In this document: positions 7,802-16,085 of the stretch, one piece after another
Layout: each line of letters begins with the position of its first letter
How positions within the stretch are numbered: the stretch's first letter is position 1
Source: Myxococcota bacterium
GTDB taxonomy: Bacteria > Myxococcota_A > UBA9160
NCBI GenBank assembly: GCA_036758525.1
Contig: DAIOWK010000001.1
Span: 1-37,080 of the forward strand
Reading direction: 5' to 3'
DNA length: 37,080 bases
Translations under genes and position numbers: made by a program
The notes under the pieces: generated by a model
Told to the model about the DNA's origin: nothing
The model's database searches: none
What the model saw: only the letters and a program-made list of their open reading frames with translations

Positions 7802-10477
7802 CTATGCGCGCCGGGACTCGAGCCAGCGCCGCAGCCCCGGCGCCTCGCGCCGGCGAAGTTCGGCGTTGAGATCGAAGCGCTCGAGGGCCTGCTGAAGCGC
7901 TCGCTTCGCCGTGGGGATGGGGTGCGCGCGGAAGAAAGACGCTACGTCACGCCTCGACGTCGCCGTCTGAAGAGCGGGGGTTGCCTCCACGAGTCGCGTG
8001 ACCAGCATCGGCGGCATCCGCTTGCGCAGCGCAGTCCACTTCTTCTTTACGAAGGCCCAGGCGCGCTCCCGTGCCACGCGGTTGGCCAGAAGCCGAGTCA
8101 GCACAAAGACCACATCTTGGGTCGGCACGGTTTCACTCAGTGCGAGCCCGAGCGTGCGCTCAATGAGCCGGAGATTCCGGAATTCACCCAGCGCAAAAAG
8201 GAACCGGCGGCGCTCCTGGGGCGTCCGCGCCCGCGCGACCGCCTCGAGGAACGATTCGTACAACGAAACCTCACCTGCGCGAGCGGCAAGCGCCACCACC
8301 GAGTCGGCGAGATTCGCATCCAGACTCGCTCGATCGCGGAGATACGCCGAGCAGCGCGATGCCGCCTCGGTGACGACGGGCTCCCACTCGGCGACGTCTC
8401 CGAGCAGTCCCACGAGTGCGGCTCGACGCATCCGCGTGTCATCATCCTCGCCCGCGGCAGGTTTCCATCCGAGTGCTGAAAACTGCGAGCGGAAGCACTC
8501 GACGAGCCATCCGCGGTAGCGCAGGGGAGCGTCACCCCCAGCGGCCGGTGCCAGGTGCTCGTCCACGAAGCCTAGGGGCCCACGCAGAGCCTGGAGCACG
8601 TCGGGGCTGGTCTCCGCTCCGAACGCCGCCGCGAGTCCGAGAAAGCTCTCGATCGAAGCGGAGCCGGCGCGCACGAACGCCCACTGGTCTCCGAGCAGCG
8701 CCATGCGCTCCACGGCAGCGAGCGATGCGAGCTCTGAGGCCAGCTGACGAAGTGCCTCGGCGTCGTGCAGGGCCCGAAAGAAGCCACCCCCATCGGCGTT
8801 GCCATAGACGAACCGGGGCGGGGTCGGACCGAGGGCCACCTTCTCCCGAGCTTTTGTGAAGACGCGCCGTTCAAGCCGAGTCTCGGCCCCGGTTCGCGGA
8901 CCGACGCGCCCGACCCACGGGATGGGCCAGCGCGGCCGGGAGCTCCGACCGGGGTGCTGTTTGGCCCTGCGGCTCGCGAAAAACCGTTCCTGGCGCAGTT
9001 CCACAGTCCGGCCTTCCTCCCCCAGCCCGACCGCCACCACTGGGAAGCCCGGCTGTTCGATCCAGGCGCGCGCGACGGGTTCGACGGGGAATCCAGCGGC
9101 TTCGCCAAGCGCGTTCCACAGATCGGCGGCCACCGCGTTGCTCTCCCGATGGCGACGGATATAGGCGCGCACGCCGTCGCGAAAGGTCGCCGCTCCGAGG
9201 TAGCGCTCGATCATCCGGACCACGGCTGCGCCCTTTTCGTAGGTGATGAGGTCGAAGTTCTGGGTTGCGTCTGCGGGTGTCCTCACCTCGACGTAGATGG
9301 GATGGGTGCTGCCCAGCGCATCCAGCTGGAGCGCTGCGGAGCGGTGATGTTCGAAGTCGAGCCACATCTTCCACTCCGGCTTCCAGGCATCGACGATGGT
9401 GGTGGCCATCCAGGTCGCAAAGGCCTCGTTCAGCCACAGGTCGTTCCACCAAGCCATGGTGACCAGATCGCCATACCACATATGCGCAAGCTCATGGCAA
9501 ATCACCTCTGCCGCGCGCTTGCGTTCGCTCAGCGTTACCGTTTCCGGGTCCACAAGCAGGAGCGTCTCCCTGAAGAAGACAGCGCCGGCGTTCTCCATCG
9601 CGCCCGCCTCAAAGTCCGGAACAGCGACGAGGTCAAGCTTCGCGTAGGGGTAGGGCAGATCGAAATATGCCTCGAGCCGCGCAAGGGTTTCTCGCGCGAC
9701 CTCGAGCGCAAAAGCGGTGAGCCGACCTTTCCCCGGCACGTGCCAGACGCGGATCTCGGTCTGCCCGCAGCGTACCGGCTCCGACGACTCGAGCTCGCCC
9801 ACCGCCAACGCGAACAAGTAAGTTGAGAGCGGAGGAGTCTGCGCGAAATGCACGGTCTTGCGCCCGACGGCGAGCTTCTCGGTCTTTTCGATCGGCGCAT
9901 TGGAAACCGTCGCGTTGCGCTCCGGGGTGGTTACCGAGAGGCGGAAGCAGGCCTTCATCGCCGGCTCGTCAAAGCAAGGGAAGAAGCGCCGGGCGTCGGC
10001 GGCTTCGAGCTGCGTAAAGGCATAGCGGCGATCGCCAGAGCGTGCGGCGTAGAGGCCGCGCAGATCCCCACGCAGCTGGCCCTCGAAGCCCATCGAAAGA
10101 TGTGCCGGCCCAGGATCGATGGTCCGCGCAAAGCGGACTTCTACCGTCTCGCGCTTGGTGTCGAGGGAAATCCTCCCGGCCTGTGCCCCGCCGGCGACCG
10201 CGATCCGTGCGTGCGCGAGTTTGAGATCCACGGCGTGGAGAACGATTTTGCGCGTCGGCCGCCCGAGCACGAGCTGGATCGCGACTTCCCCGTGAAATGT
10301 CGGGCCGCCCGCGGGATCGACTTCGAGCGCCACGTGGTAACTCGAAGGTCTCACGTCCGGCGAGAGCCTGACCGCTCCATCTCGAGCTGCCTTCGCTCCG
10401 GCTCGGCTCCGCGTACTCGCGCGCCGCGCGCTCTTGCGGCTGGACTTGCTGCGCTTCAGAGCCTTGCGAGGCTTCAT
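7802..10477 (-). CDS. M1-family zinc aminopeptidase (aminopeptidase N-like)
   Basis: Contains the GAMEN exopeptidase motif and HELAHMWYGDLVTMAWWNDLWLNEAF (HExxH-x18-E). A long helical C-terminal domain follows. GGAGGGA lies 6 nt before ATG 10477; the listed start at 10483 is a GTG. Confidence 0.92.
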   Translation of the reverse strand: MKPRKALKRSKSSRKSARRASTRSRAGAKAARDGAVRLSPDVRPSSYHVALEVDPAGGPTFHGEVAIQLVLGRPTRKIVLHAVDLKLAHARIAVAGGAQAGRISLDTKRETVEVRFARTIDPGPAHLSMGFEGQLRGDLRGLYAARSGDRRYAFTQLEAADARRFFPCFDEPAMKACFRLSVTTPERNATVSNAPIEKTEKLAVGRKTVHFAQTPPLSTYLFALAVGELESSEPVRCGQTEIRVWHVPGKGRLTAFALEVARETLARLEAYFDLPYPYAKLDLVAVPDFEAGAMENAGAVFFRETLLLVDPETVTLSERKRAAEVICHELAHMWYGDLVTMAWWNDLWLNEAFATWMATTIVDAWKPEWKMWLDFEHHRSAALQLDALGSTHPIYVEVRTPADATQNFDLITYEKGAAVVRMIERYLGAATFRDGVRAYIRRHRESNAVAADLWNALGEAAGFPVEPVARAWIEQPGFPVVAVGLGEEGRTVELRQERFFASRRAKQHPGRSSRPRWPIPWVGRVGPRTGAETRLERRVFTKAREKVALGPTPPRFVYGNADGGGFFRALHDAEALRQLASELASLAAVERMALLGDQWAFVRAGSASIESFLGLAAAFGAETSPDVLQALRGPLGFVDEHLAPAAGGDAPLRYRGWLVECFRSQFSALGWKPAAGEDDDTRMRRAALVGLLGDVAEWEPVVTEAASRCSAYLRDRASLDANLADSVVALAARAGEVSLYESFLEAVARARTPQERRRFLFALGEFRNLRLIERTLGLALSETVPTQDVVFVLTRLLANRVARERAWAFVKKKWTALRKRMPPMLVTRLVEATPALQTATSRRDVASFFRAHPIPTAKRALQQALERFDLNAELRRREAPGLRRWLESRRA

Positions 10478-10599
10478 CGCCACTCCCTCCGTGTGCGAGC
10501 CGGACTATACCCGCGAATGGCCGCTGAACCGCTGATCTGGACCTCGGGCGGAGCGCGCGCGAAAGCCTCCCTAGCGCGACCGAAGCGCCTCTTCTTGGC

Positions 10600-11295
10600 T
10601 CACCATTTCTCGGCGTAGGGCCTAAGATCCAGCTCGAAAGTCCATGCGGAGCGCTCTTGCGTTGCGACGTGGAAGACGCTTTCCGCGATGGAATCGGGCT
10701 TCAGGAAGAAGTCGTCTGGTTTGCTCCGAATAAAACTGCGCGTGGCCGGCGTGTCGATCACCCCGTCCACGACGATGTACGCCACATGGACGCCCCGAGG
10801 GCCGAGGCTGCGCGCCATCGACTGGGCGAGGGAGCGCTGGGCCGCCTTCGCGGGTGCGAACGCCGCAAAGCCCGCGCCGCCGCGCAACGCGGCCGTGGCT
10901 CCAATCACCACGATGGCGCCGCTCCCGCGCGAGAGCATGTCGCTGGCTGCTTCGCGCCCGCACAGGAAGAGCGACAAGGTATTGACCCGCCAGGCCGCCT
11001 CCAGGGCTTCGGCCGTGACCTCGAGAAAGCCGCCAAAGGAGGCGTTGCCCGCGTTCTGCACCAAGGCATCCACGGGGCCGAGTTCGTGACGCACACGGGC
11101 AAACGCTTCCTTCACCGAAGCCGCGTCGGCGACGTCCGCCGCGAACGCGCGGGCGCCGGGAATTGCAGCCTCAAATGCGCGCAGCTTGTCCGCCGAGCGA
11201 GCCAGCATGGCCACGCGCCAGCCGGCACGTGCGAAGCGACGCACGCTCGCTGCGCCGTTTCCCGGACCGACCCCGGTCACCACACAGACCGACAT
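10600..11295 (-). CDS. Short-chain dehydrogenase/reductase family protein with a non-canonical active site
   Basis: MSVCVVTGVGPGNGAA is the Rossmann glycine motif and NAGN is present. Where YxxxK is expected the sequence reads FAPAK. Start set at ATG 11295, directly before the glycine motif. Confidence 0.82.
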   Translation of the reverse strand: MSVCVVTGVGPGNGAASVRRFARAGWRVAMLARSADKLRAFEAAIPGARAFAADVADAASVKEAFARVRHELGPVDALVQNAGNASFGGFLEVTAEALEAAWRVNTLSLFLCGREAASDMLSRGSGAIVVIGATAALRGGAGFAAFAPAKAAQRSLAQSMARSLGPRGVHVAYIVVDGVIDTPATRSFIRSKPDDFFLKPDSIAESVFHVATQERSAWTFELDLRPYAEKW

Positions 11296-11301
11296 CCAAG
11301 C

Positions 11302-11309
11302 AGTATAGT
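11302..11309. promoter_or_regulatory. Face-to-face overlapping -10-like hexamers in a 47-bp divergent gap
   Basis: The plus strand reads TATAGT (11304-11309), about 33 nt before the GST ATG. The minus strand reads TATACT (11302-11307), 6 nt before SDR ATG 11295. Confidence 0.35.
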
Positions 11310-11342
11310 GAGGGGGACCGCAAAACTCTCGGGGACGCCACA

Positions 11343-12038
11343 ATGATCACGCTTTTTCAGTTCGAGATATCCCCCTATTGCGACAAAATCCGCAGGGTCC
11401 TCCACTGGAAGCGGCAGCCCTACCGGATCGAGGAGATCCCTCTGTCGCAGGCCTTCACGCGTATTCGCAAACTCAATCCCGCCGGAAAATTGCCGTGTCT
11501 CGAGCACGACGGACGCATGGTCGGCGATTCCACCGACATCGCGTACTACTTGGAAGAGAAATTTCCCGAGCCGCCGCTTCTTCCGAAGGATCTGCAGCTT
11601 TGTGGGCTGTGCCACATGCTGGAGGATTGGGCGGACGAGAGCCTCTATTTCTATGAAATGCGCCTGCGCTTCACGCTCCCGCATAACGCGCGTCGCTGGA
11701 TCCCTGAGCTTACGAAGCACGATCCCGGCTGGATGAAAACGATGGCACGCTACTTCATACCGAGAATGATGCGAGGCATACTGTCGCGTCAGGGTGTCGG
11801 CCGCAAGCCGCTTGAACGCGTGCTTTGCGATCTTGAGCGGCATGTCGGGGCAATCGGGGACTGGCTCGGCGGCCGGGAGTGGCTGGTCGGCGATGCGCTC
11901 TCGCTGGCGGACCTCAGCGTCTTTGCGCAACTCGCGTGCATCCGCGGTGCCGAGGAAGGAGCTCGTATCCTCGGGAGCTCACGCCCCGTCACAGAATGGA
12001 TGGATCGCGTGGACCGGATGACGGCAAAGCCCGCTTAG
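11343..12038 (+). CDS. Glutathione S-transferase family protein (Grx2-like thioredoxin-fold N-terminus)
   Basis: MITLFQFEISPYCDKIRRVL...KLPCLEHDG..VGDSTDIAYYLEE matches the GST N-terminal domain, with an SPYC motif. A helical C-terminal domain follows. Confidence 0.8.
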   Translation: MITLFQFEISPYCDKIRRVLHWKRQPYRIEEIPLSQAFTRIRKLNPAGKLPCLEHDGRMVGDSTDIAYYLEEKFPEPPLLPKDLQLCGLCHMLEDWADESLYFYEMRLRFTLPHNARRWIPELTKHDPGWMKTMARYFIPRMMRGILSRQGVGRKPLERVLCDLERHVGAIGDWLGGREWLVGDALSLADLSVFAQLACIRGAEEGARILGSSRPVTEWMDRVDRMTAKPA

Positions 12039-12055
12039 GGAACTCGCGGAGCCGC

Positions 12056-12598
12056 TCAGTCCTTTCCTGTCCCCCACATCTTCTCGAGATAGGACTCCCG
12101 GCCAGAGCCTTTGCGATACATTTTGTAGTGTGCAGGGTTCTTCTTGTAGTACTGGCAGTGATAGGCCTCTGCCGCATAGAAGGGCCGCGCGGGCACGATC
12201 TCCGTGACGATCGGTCCTGCATATTTGCCGGATTTTTGAAGCTCGGCCTTCGACTCTTCGGCGAGTCGCCGCTGCTCTTCGTCGTGGTAGAAAATTGCCG
12301 TGCGGTACTGGGAGCCCGCGTCCGCGAATTGGCGATCTCGTGTGGTCGGATCGATATTTCGCCAGAAGACGTCGAGCAGCTCGCGGTAGCTGATCTTTCC
12401 CGGATCGAATGCGATCTGTACGGCCTCAGCGTGGCCGGTCCCGCCCGAGCACACCTCTTCGTAGGTCGGGTTTTCCGTACGCCCTCCCGTATATCCAGGC
12501 GTCGTCGTAATCACTCCAGGCAGCTTGTCAAAGGGGGGCTCCATGCACCAGAAGCAGCCTCCCGCAAACGTCGCGATCTTAGTATTCTCGTCGGCCAT
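12056..12598 (-). CDS. msrA: Peptide-methionine (S)-S-oxide reductase
   Basis: Contains the GGCFWCME active-site motif plus GHAEAVQI and YHQQY-like YHCQYY. AAGGAGG lies upstream of ATG 12598. Confidence 0.95.
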   Translation of the reverse strand: MADENTKIATFAGGCFWCMEPPFDKLPGVITTTPGYTGGRTENPTYEEVCSGGTGHAEAVQIAFDPGKISYRELLDVFWRNIDPTTRDRQFADAGSQYRTAIFYHDEEQRRLAEESKAELQKSGKYAGPIVTEIVPARPFYAAEAYHCQYYKKNPAHYKMYRKGSGRESYLEKMWGTGKD

Positions 12599-12621
12599 CG
12601 TGGGGGCGCCGCCTCCTTGGG

Positions 12622-13068
12622 TCAGCTTGGCGTTCGCAAGTCCGGGAGCTGCTCGCCGTCGGTTACAAAGCGAAGCGCCGCGCCATTGTTGCAGTAGCGT
12701 TTGCCCGTCGGTGGCGGGCCGTCGTTGAAGACGTGCCCTTGATGCCCCGCACAGCGCGCGCAGTGATATTCGGTGCGCGGGAGAAGGAGCTTAAAGTCGC
12801 GCTTGAATCCGATATGGCCCTCGATCGGCTGAAAGAAGCTTGGCCAACCCGTACCACTGTCAAATTTCGACGCGGATTGGAACAAGGGAAGGAAGCACGC
12901 CGCGCACACGAAGGTACCGGTTCGCTTCTCCTGATTGAGCGCACTTGTAAAGGGATGCTCCGTTGCTTCCTCGAAGAGCACACCATACGCCTCGGGTGAG
13001 ACGAGACTACGCCATGCCGCGTGCGGGCTCTTCAGCTCCTCGATCTTCTCATGAGGGTCGGGTGCCAC
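12622..13068 (-). CDS. msrB: Peptide-methionine (R)-S-oxide reductase
   Basis: Contains two CxxC zinc motifs (CAAC, CARC), HQGHVFNDGP and the catalytic RYCNNG. The start is a GTG with GGAGG 7 nt upstream. It lies 2 nt after the upstream gene's TAG. Confidence 0.95.
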   Translation of the reverse strand: MAPDPHEKIEELKSPHAAWRSLVSPEAYGVLFEEATEHPFTSALNQEKRTGTFVCAACFLPLFQSASKFDSGTGWPSFFQPIEGHIGFKRDFKLLLPRTEYHCARCAGHQGHVFNDGPPPTGKRYCNNGAALRFVTDGEQLPDLRTPS

Positions 13069-13070
13069 GG

Positions 13071-14081
13071 CTATGCCTCCGGTGCCGGCTTCGGGAAGCG
13101 GATGTATTCGTCGATCAAGAGTAGCGCCAGTGCGCGGCCATTCGGAACGTCGCCTTGAAGCCGTCCGCGCTTGCGCAGATCGCTGAGGAGAATGTCAAGG
13201 ATCTGATCACGCGTCAGGTCGTCGGAGTGTTCGCGCACCCCGCGCAGTTCCGCCTCGTCGGCGAAGCAGTACGCCTTCCAGGAAATCGAGAAGCGGATGT
13301 CGTCCCACGAGTAACGAGCCACGGTCTCCGCCTCGCGGCCCAAGCGCCAGCTCCCGTGCCCCTCATAGGTCAGGCGCATGCTGAGATCGAGAGGGGGGAG
13401 TGTCACGGCGGTGTCCGCCACCCGGTCGACCCCGTGAAAGACGCTATCGGTATCGAGGAGGATGGCGGTGTTGTGCGCGGCCGGAAGCGTCTTTGGCGGC
13501 GCGTCGGGTCCTTCGGGATAGAACGCGAAGGCTCCGCCGCGGCAGTCCCGAAACCACGATACGGCGGTGGCGATCGGCATCCGCCAGGGTTCGAAGAGGC
13601 CTGAGAGGTGCATCACCACCATCAGCCATTCCGGATCCTGGGTGCGGTTGCAGCCTCGGAACTCCGGCACGTCCGTGTGCACGGCCAGCTCTTGACCGGG
13701 AACCAGCAAGTTCGCGTAGACGATGGCTGGCACGATGACGGCTCGGCCATAGAGCGAGCGGGCGGCATCGATGAAACCATCGTAACGAAGGAACTTCTCG
13801 ATGCCCGGAACGAGGGGCTCGGCATAGGCGTACGTTTCGCGGAAGTAGTTGGTCCTGAACGCAGCGGTCTTGAAAGACTCCTTGCGCCCAAAGCGCCCGC
13901 CGGATTGGATGTAGTTCATCGCGGCATCGTGTCGCTGGAAGAGCCCGCGGCCGAGCTCTTCCTCGACCGGCGCTCTGCCGTACATCCCGTAAGAGCCAAA
14001 GGCCTCGCAAAGCCCCACCAAGGCCTCGGCCTCTTCCTCGGGGAACAGCGGAGCGAAGATCGTGAAGGCCGCCCTCTGCAT
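13071..14081 (-). CDS. Hypothetical protein, possibly a cupin/Fe(II)-oxygenase-like fold (HxD...H)
   Basis: 336-aa ORF with AGGA 6 nt before ATG 14081; the listed start at 14102 is a TTG. I recognise no family. It contains LAVHTDVPEF and, about 70 residues later, SVFHGVDRV. Confidence 0.7.
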   Translation of the reverse strand: MQRAAFTIFAPLFPEEEAEALVGLCEAFGSYGMYGRAPVEEELGRGLFQRHDAAMNYIQSGGRFGRKESFKTAAFRTNYFRETYAYAEPLVPGIEKFLRYDGFIDAARSLYGRAVIVPAIVYANLLVPGQELAVHTDVPEFRGCNRTQDPEWLMVVMHLSGLFEPWRMPIATAVSWFRDCRGGAFAFYPEGPDAPPKTLPAAHNTAILLDTDSVFHGVDRVADTAVTLPPLDLSMRLTYEGHGSWRLGREAETVARYSWDDIRFSISWKAYCFADEAELRGVREHSDDLTRDQILDILLSDLRKRGRLQGDVPNGRALALLLIDEYIRFPKPAPEA

Positions 14082-14591
14082 CGCAAATCCTTGAGGGGTC
14101 AAGAGCTCCCTTCAGCCATGATACCGGGATCGACGCAGCTGAGGGGATCCCCGCGAGCGGTGCCCTCACCGTCCGGCGCGGCGAGCTCGAGCAGGGCGAG
14201 GCTGTGCCCAATCCCCGCCCTGGGCCACATCATGCCGGCAAGCCTGCGCCGCGACTCCGGGGAGGGTCGCCCTTCAAGGCCGACCCCATCGCTTGTGGAG
14301 CAATGGCTACGCGGCGAAGCCAAGAGCGGGTTCGGAAGCTCCGGTAGGCGCCGGAGGGGAAACGGGTTTCAAGCCGAAAACATATGGCCAAAGAGCTGGT
14401 TACGCCCGCTTCATACACGCTGCGGGTGATCTGCTGGAGTTTCCGAATCCTGTGGGGGATCCACCCTCGCAGCCAACGTTCTCCTGAGCCCGCCTTCCGA
14501 TTGCGAGGGGTCCACTCCCAAAAGTGATCCGCGTCACATTCGCGGACGAGAGGATCTGGTTCCATTCACATTGAAGGAGGGCCCCCCCGCC

Positions 14592-14696
14592 ATGCGTGGC
14601 AAGAGCCTGGGTCACGAAGCTGCCTTGCGCTGGGCGTATCTGGCAGGATTCGTGTGGTTTGGTTTGACCGCCGTGTTGGCCTTCAGCATTTTGTAG
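14592..14696 (+). CDS. Candidate small membrane peptide (34 aa)
   Basis: AAGGAGGG (14574-14581) is followed by a C7-containing spacer and then ATG. The translation is MRGKSLGHEAALRWAYLAGFVWFGLTAVLAFSIL, a polar N-terminus plus about 20 hydrophobic residues. A strong plus-strand terminator lies 55 nt downstream. It is below the size cutoff of the ORF track. Confidence 0.35.
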   Translation: MRGKSLGHEAALRWAYLAGFVWFGLTAVLAFSIL

Positions 14697-14751
14697 CGCC
14701 GCGGCAGCTCCACTTTTGCTCGACGGTTCGAAACCCGCGTTTTGAGGTCAC

Positions 14752-14812
14752 GCGGGGAGCGCCCGGGGAGGCAACCCTTGCACACCCGGGCGCTCCCCGC
14801 TCTCTTTTCCCT
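14752..14812 (+). terminator. Rho-independent terminator (plus strand)
   Basis: A perfect 16-bp stem pairs GCGGGGAGCGCCCGGG (14752-14767) with CCCGGGCGCTCCCCGC (14785-14800). The loop is 17 nt and is followed by TCTCTTTTCCCTT. The minus-strand flank is not T-rich. Confidence 0.6.
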
Positions 14813-14930
14813 TGCGCAAGACGGACCGATCTCTGTCGCGCGAGAGCGTGGTGTCGGTCCCGAGGACCCACAGCCTGCTTCAGTTCCTCGAGGCGCGGCA
14901 TCCGCCGGGGTCGCCCCTTGAGTCGTCGGG

Positions 14931-16070
14931 TCAGTCCTCGTCCGTTTCTCCAGCGAAGGGTGGGAAGGGCTCGGCCACGATCTCGTGAGGACTCGCCTCG
15001 AGCGGCGTCGCGGCGCGCGCATCCACAAAATCGTTCAGCCGGTCGATCAGTTGCCGCAGGCGACCCACGTCGCGTCGGTTGAAGCGCAGGGTGAGGCGGG
15101 GGTGGCCCGCCATTTCGCGACCTTCTTCGGGAAGCGGAGCTGCGACTTCGATGCGGCCGCTCTTCACGATCGACGAAAACTCGTGATTGAGCATCTCGAG
15201 CTGACCCTCGTCCGGCGCCTCGCGCAGGCGAATCACGAGCAGTTCGCGGACGTAACGGCTCGATTGGTAGTTGGCGTAGAAGTGGAGGATCTCGTTCACC
15301 GCATCGTCGACGTCGTCCGTCACCCGAAAGAGCGCGAAGTCTTCTGGAGAGATGAGGCCGCGTTCGCGCAGGTGCTCCTCGAGGTAGCCGCGCCACTCGG
15401 CCCAGTAGCTCCCCCCCCGCGCGTCGACGAATACCACCGGCAGCATCTCACTCTTGCCAGTTTGGATCAGGGTGAGCGCCTCGAACCCCTCGTCGTGGGT
15501 GCCGAAGCCGCCGGGAAAGAGCGCGATCGCATGCGCCTCCTTCACGAACGCGACTTTTCGCGTGAAGAAGTAGCGGAAGTTGATGAGCTTCGAATCTCCG
15601 GCAATCGTCGGATTCGCATTCTGCTCAAAAGGCAGCCGGATATTGACGCCAAACGACGCCGCGCGGCCGGCACCACCTTGCGCCGCACCCATGATCCCTT
15701 CTCCTGCGCCGGTAATGATCATCCAGCCCTCCGCGGCGATGCGCTCGGCAAACGCGAAGGCCTGCTTCCAATCGGGTTGATCGGGTGTGGTCCGTGCGCT
15801 TCCAAACACCGCGACTTTGCGGACCGCGCGATAGGGTGCGAACACCCGGAACGCGTGGCGTAGCTCCTTGAGTGCGCTGTTCAAGAGCTTGAGGTCACCG
15901 CGCGGCGTTCCATCGCGCAACAAGCGGAGTGCGGAGACGACAATCTGTCGCACCGACTCCGTGTCGCTGGCGGCGCCATAGCGCGCCTCCGCGGTTGCGA
16001 TGAGTGCCTCGATCCTCTGGTCGAGCTCGGCTTCGCCGAGTTCGTAGCGCTTCCGCTTTTCCTCGGTCAT
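14931..16070 (-). CDS. LOG-family protein, long form (TIGR00730-type Rossmann fold; PpnN-like nucleotide 5'-monophosphate nucleosidase candidate)
   Basis: VAVFGSAR, ITGAGEGIMGAAQGGA and PGGFGTHDEGFEALTLIQTGK (PGGxGTxxE) are present. Helical extensions of about 100 aa flank the core on both sides. Start set at ATG 16070 (MTEEKRKRYE); the longer listed ORF adds an implausible R/P-rich N-terminus. Confidence 0.83.
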   Translation of the reverse strand: MTEEKRKRYELGEAELDQRIEALIATAEARYGAASDTESVRQIVVSALRLLRDGTPRGDLKLLNSALKELRHAFRVFAPYRAVRKVAVFGSARTTPDQPDWKQAFAFAERIAAEGWMIITGAGEGIMGAAQGGAGRAASFGVNIRLPFEQNANPTIAGDSKLINFRYFFTRKVAFVKEAHAIALFPGGFGTHDEGFEALTLIQTGKSEMLPVVFVDARGGSYWAEWRGYLEEHLRERGLISPEDFALFRVTDDVDDAVNEILHFYANYQSSRYVRELLVIRLREAPDEGQLEMLNHEFSSIVKSGRIEVAAPLPEEGREMAGHPRLTLRFNRRDVGRLRQLIDRLNDFVDARAATPLEASPHEIVAEPFPPFAGETDED

Positions 16071-16077
16071 ACAGGCG

Positions 16078-16085
16078 AGAGTATC
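16078..16085 (-). promoter_or_regulatory. Candidate -10 element (GATACTCT on the minus strand), 7-9 nt upstream of ATG 16070
   Basis: The minus strand reads cGATACTCTcgcctgtATG. It contains GATACT and TACTCT (TANNNT). No SD lies within 12 nt. Confidence 0.3.

Noticed and set aside
14118-14565. ORFs inside the long spacer. They are the tail of 13608..14429(+), from ATG 14118, and the 111-aa ORF 14230..14565(-).
   Set aside because: There are no ribosome-binding sites. The composition (R/W/S/P-rich) is unlike the real proteins here, and no family motif is present. Only the short SD-led ORF at 14592-14696 has supporting signals.
14724-14739. A tRNA/tmRNA-like T-loop string CGGTTCGAAACCCGCG. I also checked the spacer by eye for tmRNA, RNase P RNA and SRP RNA.
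   Set aside because: The flanks pair for only about 3 bp as a T-stem, and no acceptor, D or anticodon arms can be drawn. I found no GAGGAAAGTCCGGGC / ACAGAA-type RNase P blocks, no SRP GGAAGCAGCC core and no tmRNA ends. A covariance-model scan is still needed for classes I cannot recognise by eye.
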